The notes beneath the pieces were generated by a model. The model was given only the letters and a program-made list of their open reading frames with translations, was not told the DNA's origin and ran no database searches. DNA of 64,000 nucleotides from a virus. The stretch's first letter is position 1. Each line of letters opens with the position of its first letter. The translations under genes and the position numbers were made by a program. Below are positions 1 through 8,457 of this stretch, in pieces. The stretch is from IMG/VR virus record IMGVR_UViG_3300044511_000233, positions 14,751 to 78,750 of that record; one strand, 5' to 3'.

Positions 1-1
1 A

Positions 2-2440
2 CGCGGGTTGAGCGTGATTCCGGTGCTGGGTAAGCGGCCAGTTCAGAAAGAGTGGGCAAAGTGGGCTCTTGAGCTGCCTTCGGTTGAAGAGCGAGAACAG
101 TGGCTGCAGACGTTTAGTGAGAAGAAGTATGGAATAGGGCTCGTCTGTGGTCCTCAAAGCGGCATATGCGCGGTCGATATCGACAGCGATGAAGATCGTG
201 TGATCGGCGCCGTCGAGCGTGTTCTGCCACGGTCGGGATGGGAGCGCGTCGGCAAGAAGGGCAAAGTGTTGATCTATAAGTTCCGTGATCCACGGAACTT
301 TACTGTGAAGGGAGTCGATGGGAAGGGCATCATCGACGTTTTGTCGTTGAAGCGACAGTTCATCTTGCCCCCATCGATCCATCCCGACACTGGTAAGCCG
401 TATTGGGCTAATCGAGACCTACTCGAGATGCTTGATGGGGCTGAGGGGGAGTTGGCGGACCTTCCGAATGGGCTTGATCTGGTTCTGAAAGCTGCTCTGA
501 AGGATGTTGGTATTGAGACATCGTCAACGTCGGGCAGGGTGGTTGTCACCAATTACGTTAGTTCTGGGAATCGCGACAACACGTTGTTGCGGATATGTGG
601 TCTCTATTCGAAGGAGATTGTCGACGGAAACTGGACGTTTTTACAGCAAGTGGAGCGGCTGGAAGGTTGGGTCGAGGGTTTTGTTGAGAAGATTTGGGGT
701 GATGAGCTGACAATTGGTCATGCTGTTGAGCGACTTGTCTATTGTCTTCGGCGGGACGTCTTTGAGCACGGAAAAACGCTGCCGGTGGGGTGGGACGAAG
801 GATTGAGTGATGAGGCCAGAGAGGCGTTTGGGCTCGGAGAGTTCGATGACAGTCGGCGCCGGTGGTCTTTCAAAGAGATTCTGGATTGGTTCAACGGCGA
901 AGTGGCGGCCGGGGGGGGCGTCGATGTAAATGATGAGAGTCAGATGATGACTCTCGTCGATAAGGCCCTGGTTAAAATCGCCGGTAATACGGATCTGGTG
1001 TCGACCGAAGAAGACAGGTTGCTGAAGGTCATATCGGATACCGCACGAGGCGCATTTCGGCTTGTTTCTCTTCGAAAGCGTGTGAAAGAGCTGCGACGGG
1101 GGATTGTTGTTGGTGAAACCCATGCCGAGGTTGCCGAAGCTATCCTGAAACTGATTGAGGAGAACGGTGAAGTCCGGTTTTGTAACGGAAAATTCTGGCA
1201 GTGGGTGGGGTCGCACTGGCTTAGTCTAAACGATAGCGATCTCTTGAATCTGATAATAATGAACTCGAAGGGAATGCAGTCAGCAAAAAAGAACAGTGAC
1301 TATAATGGCGTGTTGCGCACGATGCAGGCGACTCGAACAACAGAGCTCATTCGAGTTACGATCAAGGGCGTCAATTTCGTCAATGGGTTTCTTGATGAAG
1401 ATCTAGTGCTTCGGGCTCATGATCGGGACTACGGATGCACCTATTGCTTGAATTATGCCTATGAACCAGGGTTAGCGAGTGAGTGTTTGCTATGGCAGAA
1501 CATGCTTCGCGACTTTTGGGGAGAGGATGAGGACTATCAAGACAAAATTCAGGCGCTTCGAGAGGCAATGGCTGCGACGATTTTCGGGGTCGCGACACGC
1601 TACCAACGTGCATTCATCTTCAAAGGCGTTGCTGGGGCTGGTAAAACCAGAATATTGCATCTGATGCGAGCGTTGATGCCCCCTGGAACCAGTAGTGCAG
1701 TTCCACCGGAGAAGTTTGCTGAGAAATTTGAGAGCACCGAGCTCGCTGGTAAGCTTTTGAACATGGCGGGAGAGCTCTCGAAGCAGAAAATCCCCGGCAA
1801 ACACTTCAAAACTATTATTGAGGGTGGTGAGCTGCAGGGTCAATTCAAAAATAAACCTGTTTTCAGCTATACACCCCTCTGTGCTCACTGGTTTGGATCA
1901 AATCACTGGCCGAAGGTGGACGATCCGGACGGAGGATGGCTCCGTAGGTGGCTCTTTTTCAGGTTTGATCGACCATTGCCGCCGGAGAAAAGGATTGAAA
2001 ATGTTGAAGAGATGATCCTTGGGCAAGAGCGTGAAGCCATTATGGCTTGGGCGGTTCAAGGAATTGTGAGTTTGAAGCTTAATCGAGAATATCGTTTATC
2101 GAAATCTCATTACGAATGCATCGAGGAGATGAATAGGAACGGTGACTCTGTGGGTTTTTGGTGGGGCCATTTTGTGGAGTCCGGGCGACTCAGGTACGGA
2201 ATGGCCCAACATACGCAGGTTACCCCGAAATTCACTTCAGTAGATCATCTCTTCCGCGCATATCGGCTCTTTTGCTCCAGCACGGCAGGTGCCTCGCATG
2301 TGGGGCTTCAGACCTTCATCGAGCGCATGGTGGAAGTAGGGGTGAAGAAGGGATTCTCACCGATACGTCAGGAAGGTGGGGGGATTACCGCGTTCTTGTT
2401 TCTCACACTGTGTGCGGAAACCCCGGTGGCGTCTCCATAA
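2..2440 (+). CDS. Primase-helicase: bifunctional prim-pol N-terminal domain plus D5/P4-type SF3 helicase (5' end outside window)
   Basis: N-terminal IGLVCG...AVDID...ILPPSIHPDTGKPYW prim-pol motifs; C-terminal Walker A GVAGAGKT, LAGKLLNMAGE, GSNHWP, WLRRW; frame open to the window edge. Confidence 0.9.
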   Translation, partial: RGLSVIPVLGKRPVQKEWAKWALELPSVEEREQWLQTFSEKKYGIGLVCGPQSGICAVDIDSDEDRVIGAVERVLPRSGWERVGKKGKVLIYKFRDPRNFTVKGVDGKGIIDVLSLKRQFILPPSIHPDTGKPYWANRDLLEMLDGAEGELADLPNGLDLVLKAALKDVGIETSSTSGRVVVTNYVSSGNRDNTLLRICGLYSKEIVDGNWTFLQQVERLEGWVEGFVEKIWGDELTIGHAVERLVYCLRRDVFEHGKTLPVGWDEGLSDEAREAFGLGEFDDSRRRWSFKEILDWFNGEVAAGGGVDVNDESQMMTLVDKALVKIAGNTDLVSTEEDRLLKVISDTARGAFRLVSLRKRVKELRRGIVVGETHAEVAEAILKLIEENGEVRFCNGKFWQWVGSHWLSLNDSDLLNLIIMNSKGMQSAKKNSDYNGVLRTMQATRTTELIRVTIKGVNFVNGFLDEDLVLRAHDRDYGCTYCLNYAYEPGLASECLLWQNMLRDFWGEDEDYQDKIQALREAMAATIFGVATRYQRAFIFKGVAGAGKTRILHLMRALMPPGTSSAVPPEKFAEKFESTELAGKLLNMAGELSKQKIPGKHFKTIIEGGELQGQFKNKPVFSYTPLCAHWFGSNHWPKVDDPDGGWLRRWLFFRFDRPLPPEKRIENVEEMILGQEREAIMAWAVQGIVSLKLNREYRLSKSHYECIEEMNRNGDSVGFWWGHFVESGRLRYGMAQHTQVTPKFTSVDHLFRAYRLFCSSTAGASHVGLQTFIERMVEVGVKKGFSPIRQEGGGITAFLFLTLCAETPVASP

Positions 2441-2905
2441 GTCAGTGGGACTGGCTTGAAGTGCTCGCAGGATTGAAGGCCTGGGAGAATGACTAAATCT
2501 GCTTAGTTAAGATGGAGGGTTAAATGGAGAGTAACAGCTCAGCACGTAATCCAGATCAACAGTTCCAGATCGGAGATTCCGTGCTTTATGTTCCTGAGGG
2601 TGTTTATGCGACGATTGATGGATATATTTGGATGCAGACTATAGGACAAGTTCCTAAAATTGCTGCTTATAAGTTATCTATTGGTATTTCGGTTCCAGAA
2701 AATAGCATTATTCACAAAGAGTCACGTAGTATTTAATTTCCATCTTCTAAACTGCGACTGTTTATTATCGATGGCCCTGGGGTCTGAAAAATAGGCTTAT
2801 TAAAGGGTCGTGCCCTAAGCGTGAACTTTAATGAATTGATGTAGAGTATTTGTGTCAGTGGGACTGGTTCGAAGTGCTTGCAGAGTTGAAGACCTGGGAG
2901 AATGA
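2441..2905. repeat. 52-bp direct repeat pair (2441-2492, 2854-2905), 46/52 identical
   Basis: GTCAGTGGGACTGG..GAAGTGCT..GCAG..TTGAAG.CCTGGGAGAATGA seen twice. Confidence 0.9.
2524..2736 (+). CDS. Small AT-rich hypothetical protein (moron-like)
   Basis: GGAGGG RBS before ATG; low GC; lies between the 52-bp repeats. Confidence 0.6.
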   Translation: MESNSSARNPDQQFQIGDSVLYVPEGVYATIDGYIWMQTIGQVPKIAAYKLSIGISVPENSIIHKESRSI

Positions 2906-3085
2906 TCAGATGAATGATTCCACTTTCGGCCCTGAAATCAAGCCTCCGGAAGGATGGGAATAAACAATTCGGGCCGAGACCCTGATTAGGTGAGGGTGAG
3001 TGTTTCTGCTTCCTATCAGGAACGAGGCCGAGAGCCCTGATTAGTTGAGAATGTACGTTTGTGTTGGGGGCTGTGGGCGTGGTTG

Positions 3086-3113
3086 AGGCCGTCTCTGGTA
3101 GAGACGGCCTTTT
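3086..3113 (+). terminator. Intrinsic terminator
   Basis: AGGCCGTCTCT-GGT-AGAGACGGCCT then TTT. Confidence 0.7.
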
Positions 3114-3424
3114 GCTATCTAGGCGCCCTGTGCTGGCGCCGTATGTTGATCGTGTTGGTTCACTCAACATGGAGCATAAAGAAATGAGAGGGATTACCTC
3201 AACAATACAAGTACTAGCATCTGAAAACTCAAAATTTTAGCTAGTATAGATGTGGCAGGGCGGTTCCTCCCAGCCCTCTTTTCCCCTATATTTTCATATA
3301 CTTATCCCCTCTCAACATCATTCTGACTTCTACCTTATCCCTCATTACTTTTAGTCCCATCGGTCACAAGCCGACACCAGCCCTCACTAGGCCGGAACGT
3401 CACTCCCTTGCCCACTGGCGAACA

Positions 3425-3438
3425 TTGCCAGTTGGCAA
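3425..3438. promoter_or_regulatory. Palindromic operator-like site TTGCCA-GT-TGGCAA (copy 1)
   Basis: Perfect 6-2-6 dyad 20 nt upstream of ATG 3459; recurs at 4294 and 4924. Confidence 0.7.
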
Positions 3439-3458
3439 ACAACACGAAAGAGAAACCA

Positions 3459-4181
3459 ATGTCCGCTACTTACTCCAAAGGGCTTAAAGCCAACTCCCTA
3501 CAAGCTGCTAAAACGTGGCAGTCGGCGAAGACGCAGGCTTACGTTGCGTTCACCTTGCAGGCTCTTGACGGCCTGAATTGGGGCGAAGGAAAGGGCCAGC
3601 AACAGGCCGCAATTCAGAACGCCATTCGCATGGTGATGTTTGATGCCGGCGTCAATCCGACCGATCGGAGCCGGGTCAGTTCAACCGCCGTGCGTCTCGC
3701 CGCTAAGGTGAGCAAGCATTACCAGCAGCACAAACTAATCACTGCGGCAAAGGATGCATCCTCAATCGAGGAAGCGACCGAAGCCCTTACGTCTTTCTTG
3801 TCCGGGCTCGGCGTCAAAGCCGCCTATCAATTCGAGGCTTGGGCGAAGTCCGCCGACGCAATGGCGCTGTCCAAGGCCGCATCCAAGGCGGCGCTGGCCG
3901 ACAAGGTTGGCGGAGTGGCAAAGGCCGCCACTCCCGCCCAGGATGACGCCAAGAGCGAGGAACCCGCCACCAGCGAGGAACCCAACACGATTGCCGTCAT
4001 CGATACGTCGGAGAAGGCGCTTGCCGCCATCCTGCCGGCCGTCGCTCGGCTCAACAATCGCGATCTGAAGCGGCTTGAGGCGGCTATTGCCGCCCGCCGC
4101 GAGAGCCTTACGGCTGCGGCGCAGACGAAGCGTGCGGCCAAGGCTGTGGACGTGGACGCTGAAATTAAGAAAGCGGCCTAA
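3459..4181 (+). CDS. First early gene, Ala/Lys-rich hypothetical protein
   Basis: Purine-rich RBS region and ATG 3459; strong GC3 codon bias; followed by a GC hairpin. Confidence 0.8.
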   Translation: MSATYSKGLKANSLQAAKTWQSAKTQAYVAFTLQALDGLNWGEGKGQQQAAIQNAIRMVMFDAGVNPTDRSRVSSTAVRLAAKVSKHYQQHKLITAAKDASSIEEATEALTSFLSGLGVKAAYQFEAWAKSADAMALSKAASKAALADKVGGVAKAATPAQDDAKSEEPATSEEPNTIAVIDTSEKALAAILPAVARLNNRDLKRLEAAIAARRESLTAAAQTKRAAKAVDVDAEIKKAA

Positions 4182-4293
4182 CACAATCAGGCGGGCGGGC
4201 GCCGAGAGCGCCCGCCTCAGCCTCAGCCTCAGCCTCACGCCCGCACACGTTCCGCTCCGCGATGCACGGGGGAAGTGTGTCCTTTGAAGGAGA

Positions 4294-4307
4294 TTGCCAG
4301 ATGGCAA
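4294..4307. promoter_or_regulatory. Operator-like site TTGCCA-GA-TGGCAA (copy 2)
   Basis: Sits between AAGGAG and ATG 4301 and overlaps the start codon. Confidence 0.65.
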
Positions 4308-4450
4308 ACCAGAACCGGCGCTCCCATCGCGCTCTGGCGGTGGCCCACAGCCCGCGCGAAAACGCCACATTCGCCTTGTCCGCGCTGCTCGTCGCGCTGC
4401 TCGCCCTGTGGCCCGTCGCCATCCTGCTCAGGCTGGCGGTGCGGCTGTGA
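4301..4450 (+). CDS. Small membrane protein
   Basis: AAGGAG RBS; hydrophobic C-terminal half. Confidence 0.5.
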   Translation: MANQNRRSHRALAVAHSPRENATFALSALLVALLALWPVAILLRLAVRL

Positions 4451-4923
4451 GCGGGCGCGTGTTGCGCGATCTGCGCGACCCTGGGGTCGAAGACGGGGAT
4501 TTCGTTCCTTTCACCAACTTCGGCTTCAGCGTGATGGTGAGCGCCGCCGTGCGCCATCAGGAACATATGGCGGCGCTGCGCAAGCAGGCGCATGCGCCGG
4601 CCGGTTATGGCTTTGAACGCGCCGACGCGGGGGCGATCGAGCATATCCCGCTCCCTCACTCTCCCACAAGCGTCAAGCCACGGTCAAAATGGAAAAAGCA
4701 GCCCTGGCGGCGTCGCCGCTGGGCGCAGGACGGTTATAAATAGGCGTGAGCCGCTCGGCGTCGTCGGGCGGCTTATGCGCATAGAGCCCGCTGGCTCTTT
4801 CACGCCCACACCCCCGCCCATACGCTCAACCCCCATTCCAGAGCCTGCTCTGGCTCAAGCACGTGCGTCCCGGCGGGGGTGTGGGCGCGATTTCGACAGG
4901 CGCAGTGTCTCGATCGCGGGACA

Positions 4924-4937
4924 TTGCCAGTTGGCAA
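4924..4937. promoter_or_regulatory. Operator-like site TTGCCA-GT-TGGCAA (copy 3)
   Basis: The 20 nt ACATTGCCAGTTGGCAAACA is identical to 3422-3441; upstream of ATG 4956. Confidence 0.7.
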
Positions 4938-4955
4938 ACAGAAAGGGCTCCTCCC

Positions 4956-5159
4956 ATGCGCTACGGCGCTCACCCTCACTTCACCCGCCCAGAGGACGAC
5001 CAACACGCCCTAGGGGCGCTCCTGGCCCGTCTGGAGGCCGAACGGGAACAGGAGCGGCTGCGTCGGCAGCGCCGGTTAGAGCTCGTCCGCGTCGACGAGA
5101 GCCTGTGGCGGTGTGCTGGACTTGGTTCTGGAATTCAGAGCCGAGGAGGGACCCGATGA
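4956..5159 (+). CDS. Hypothetical protein
   Basis: AAAGGG RBS; ATGA overlap with the next gene. Confidence 0.5.
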   Translation: MRYGAHPHFTRPEDDQHALGALLARLEAEREQERLRRQRRLELVRVDESLWRCAGLGSGIQSRGGTR

Positions 5160-5374
5160 AGATCGGCGACACGGTTCGCATTCACCCCGCGTGCGACGCC
5201 TTCATGCAGGGCATGACGCATGGCGTGATCAAGCACATCGGCAAGAAATGGATCACGGTGACGTGGACGCTAAATTGCGGCGTCAAACGACAGTTTCGCC
5301 GTTGGCATCTCATGGACATGGACGGCAACCCGTTCGAGGAGTGGCCAGAAGAACGGCCAGGGCGGGGAAAATAA
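5156..5374 (+). CDS. Small SH3/KOW-like hypothetical protein
   Basis: GAGGAGG RBS; MKIGDTVRI...G.I..IGKKWITV pattern. Confidence 0.65.
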   Translation: MKIGDTVRIHPACDAFMQGMTHGVIKHIGKKWITVTWTLNCGVKRQFRRWHLMDMDGNPFEEWPEERPGRGK

Positions 5375-5463
5375 GTGTAGCGCTTACCGAGCGCTTTGTT
5401 CGCGTTTTGTGCCAGTTGTGGTGGGTAGAAAGTGGCGCCCGGTGCGCGCGAGGGTAGGTCAGG

Positions 5464-5635
5464 AATATAGTGAAATCACTATATTGTTACCATTTGGGGT
5501 ATTTAGTAGTCCTCTTTTTTCTTGACATTGGCCTCTAAAGAAAAAAATAAACTCTAATAGAGATGTAATAAAAATAAGAAATAGGGTGTCGAGTTGGGGT
5601 TTGGGTTTGGCCTACCGTATGGTAACAATGGTAAC
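5464..5635. other. Candidate replication origin: AT-rich A-tract core with flanking inverted repeats
   Basis: AATATAGTGA-AA-TCACTATATT; ATTGTTACCAT (5483) / ATGGTAACAAT (5619) inverted pair around ~125 bp of AT-rich DNA. Confidence 0.45.
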
Positions 5636-6189
5636 CAACAAGGTCCAAGAAGAGGAAAATATTTTGACCAAACTCTCCCATTCACCTAATGTAATTCATC
5701 TTATTGAGCAGAAGCACGGGGTGGATTACCTTTCATTGCCTCATCTATTTCTCTACTTAGAAGTTCTGCCTATTACTTTATATGATGAACTGATTAAGGT
5801 TGCCCAACGGTTTCAGGTGTTATCAAGTGTCCAACAGGGGGATGTAGCCCCACAACTACCGTTATTCTGTCTACATCCCGAAAGGCTCCCTCTATCATGG
5901 CGTGCCATTGATTGGGGGGTCACTCAGTTTGGTTGTGAGCAGCTTCCTAAGAAGTTCGGAAGTAAGGAAGTGGCCTACCATCTCCACGCGGTCATTCTCT
6001 CGTTCCAGACGTTGATAAAAGAGCGTCAAAGCAAGTTTGAAGCTGATTGGCGCTCATAACTCGCCCACAGCCTGAACCACCAACACAACCACACATCGCC
6101 ATCCGATCAAGGTTCTCGCTTAGGGCCTCATCTTTAACAGAACCCGTCGTCTTTAACAGGGTCACGTCCCATTTGGCCTAGGTTTCAAA

Positions 6190-6630
6190 ATGTCGATCCG
6201 GTCGATTTTCTACGTCGTCGTCGCAAGCCGGTGGGCCAACCTGATCGAGAACCCTGTAGGTTTCCCATATCAACCGCCCAAGGACAACTGCTGGTTGTGG
6301 AAGGGTTATATGGCTCCTGGGGGCCGCCCGCGCGCCAAGTTATTGGGGCAGCAAGTTAACCCCCGTCGCATCCTCTACGAGCTTCATACGGGTAAAAATC
6401 CTCATCTTCGAATGACGTGTGGGTGTTCAAACTGTATCAACCCGTTACACGCGAAGGATCACAGTGAAGTAGAGGAAAGGGTCCCTATTTTTACAGTTTC
6501 AAACATCAATTGGGACCTTACTTTCAAAGGTATGCCGGACATCGACTTCGACAACATCACGGCTGAGGAACTCGCCGAGCAAACCGGCGCGCCCCTCGAA
6601 GCGGCTCAGAAATACCTCGACGAGAGGTAA
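6190..6630 (+). CDS. HNH/zinc-binding-loop endonuclease-like protein, degenerate active site
   Basis: CWLWKG...RRILYEL...MTCGCSNCINPLH; His expected before the first Cys is Met. Confidence 0.7.
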   Translation: MSIRSIFYVVVASRWANLIENPVGFPYQPPKDNCWLWKGYMAPGGRPRAKLLGQQVNPRRILYELHTGKNPHLRMTCGCSNCINPLHAKDHSEVEERVPIFTVSNINWDLTFKGMPDIDFDNITAEELAEQTGAPLEAAQKYLDER

Positions 6631-6764
6631 CACACTCTTACCCGCTTAATCCTCTGTGCCCCACTAGAGCAGGTCACATGATTATCTGGGCAACGTAGGA
6701 GGCAATCATGCGCTCGACCAATTAGCTAATAGATATCGGCATCAATGACAGTATTTTGAATGAG

Positions 6765-6794
6765 GGCTTCGTCACAATCGTGGCGAAGCCTTTT
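6765..6794 (+). terminator. Intrinsic terminator
   Basis: GGCTTCGTCAC-AATC-GTGGCGAAGCC-TTTT. Confidence 0.7.
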
Positions 6795-6923
6795 CACATC
6801 CCGCCCCCAGCCACACGCATTTCCTCGCACCAGAAAAAGCACTGGAGCGAGGAAGTGCGTCCCGCTCACGGCAACGAGCAACGAGCAAAGATTGCTCACG
6901 ATCACAAACTAGGAGAAACTAAC

Positions 6924-7304
6924 ATGTCTTGTAAAAGTTACGTCATCGACGCTATCAAACAATTCATCAACGATCCCCCGGACTCGCCTGTTCAGCGCGG
7001 CTATCTCCACGCGTTGATCGCGGTCGCCAAAGAGGCGCTCGAACTCGACCCCAACGATCCAGTGATCCTGGAAGCGAACGAGCTTCTCAAACCGCAGCCG
7101 AAGCTCTCGGCCTACCGTGTCTCGTTTCAGAGAGATTCCTTCGACCCGCGTCGTGAACAGGGCATCGCCATTACCCGTGAATACGGCGTCAACGATGCCC
7201 TCTTTATCATTCCAGATGATGCAACGACCCCTGTCGACATCCTTCACAAAGTCCACGACTACACCCTGGACTGGGCGCATCCAATCGATGGCCGACAGTC
7301 CTGA
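6924..7304 (+). CDS. Hypothetical phage protein
   Basis: AGGAG RBS, ATG 6924. Confidence 0.75.
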   Translation: MSCKSYVIDAIKQFINDPPDSPVQRGYLHALIAVAKEALELDPNDPVILEANELLKPQPKLSAYRVSFQRDSFDPRREQGIAITREYGVNDALFIIPDDATTPVDILHKVHDYTLDWAHPIDGRQS

Positions 7305-7664
7305 CCTCGAAGCGGTCCTAGACCGCTGGCACAACGCGATCCTGCAAAAGCGCCGTCTCTCCAGACGGCGCTTTCTTTTTGAGCCCTACGAGCATGGTGA
7401 ACTTTATGATGAAGAGTTTTTATCGTGTCGAAATCATCTTCGAGAGCGAACAGGCGACCTCACCGCAGGAAGCGTTCCGACAGGTTCTCGCTTGGATTAA
7501 CAACAATCCCAGCGACGTCAGCGCCTTCGTCTATAAGCTTGATGATTTCGGAAACTCTACAGACGAGCCACAATCTGTGATGTTGGGCGACCCGCCCACA
7601 GCCTGAACCACCAACACAACCACACATCGCCATCCGATCAAGGTTCTCGCTTAGGGCCATAAAC

Positions 7665-7889
7665 ATGACCAAAGAAGTTTCATGGAAGTCTCCGACCCTC
7701 GTCAAGGGACAGTTCATGTTCAAGAACCTTGGTGGTTACACCCTACAGGTGGAGCATTTGGATCGCACCATTGATCCGTATCTTGCACTAGTGATCTCGC
7801 CTCTCAGCACCGTCATTTACAGTGGTCTACATCCCACGCTCGCAAGCGCTCGTGAGAGGTGTGAGCGGACCGTCAGTAAAGGAGCTTAA
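7665..7889 (+). CDS. Hypothetical protein
   Basis: ORF directly after repeat copy 2. Confidence 0.55.
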   Translation: MTKEVSWKSPTLVKGQFMFKNLGGYTLQVEHLDRTIDPYLALVISPLSTVIYSGLHPTLASARERCERTVSKGA

Positions 7890-7892
7890 CCT

Positions 7893-8036
7893 ATGACCTA
7901 CTACATCCTCATCGCCCGCAACATAATCGACGACACGATGATCGTCCTCTGCCATTGGCACCACGAGTCAATCGACAAGATGTGGGAAACCTACGATGAC
8001 AGAAATCTGTCGGAGCGCCTGCTCGCGAAGGTGTGA
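7893..8036 (+). CDS. 47-aa hypothetical protein (not in ORF track)
   Basis: AAAGGAG RBS; MTYYILIARNIIDD...AKV*. Confidence 0.55.
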   Translation: MTYYILIARNIIDDTMIVLCHWHHESIDKMWETYDDRNLSERLLAKV

Positions 8037-8067
8037 TCCGCTTCCAACCTAAAGGAACCCAACAATC

Positions 8068-8457
8068 ATGATCATCTTCCAACATCGTATCTATCGCTCA
8101 GACCTCCAGAACAACCCGAGCGTCTATTATGTGTTCGGTGATAACCTTCAGCGCGAGGGCCTGGGAGGTCAAGCGGCCCACATGCGCGGCGAGCCAAATG
8201 CAGTTGGCATCGCCACGAAACGAATGCCTTCATGTGAAGAGGAGGCTTTCTTTTCCGACCAGCCGGGGGAGATGTCCGACGTCAGTGTCGACCTCATGCA
8301 TCTCAAACTGCATCTGACCGCCGGTCACACTTTAATAGTTCCGTCTGACGGCCTTGGAACTGGTCTTTCAGAACTTCCAACGCGATCTCCGAAGATTCAC
8401 GCTCTGATCAAGGACTTCTTCAAGAACGAGTTGGGTGTTGTGGTGCCATGGAAATGA
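8068..8457 (+). CDS. Conserved phage protein, possibly macrodomain-like (VFGDN...GGQA family)
   Basis: YVFGDNL..G.GGQA..MRGEPNAVGIATK and GLGTGLS motifs; AAGGA RBS. Confidence 0.6.
   Translation: MIIFQHRIYRSDLQNNPSVYYVFGDNLQREGLGGQAAHMRGEPNAVGIATKRMPSCEEEAFFSDQPGEMSDVSVDLMHLKLHLTAGHTLIVPSDGLGTGLSELPTRSPKIHALIKDFFKNELGVVVPWK

Larger units (their letters stand above)
6062..7658. repeat. Perfect 66-bp direct repeat (6062-6127, 7593-7658)
   Basis: CGCCCACAGCCTGAACCACCAACACAACCACACATCGCCATCCGATCAAGGTTCTCGCTTAGGGCC twice. Confidence 0.95.

Noticed and set aside
2507-2523. CtrA box
   Set aside because: TTAA-N9-TTAA spacing does not fit TTAA-N7-TTAA, and the pair at 6134/6153 is also mis-spaced.
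2733-3170. 145-aa minus-strand ORF
   Set aside because: Runs through repeats and a terminator, has no recognisable motif and opposes local gene orientation.
5464-5485. Protelomerase telRL site
   Set aside because: The palindrome is only 22 bp with a spacer, and no protelomerase gene is visible.
5586-6059. 157-aa ORF after the AT-rich island
   Set aside because: Start lies in the repeat region, with no clear RBS or motif; left uncalled although a shorter version may be real.
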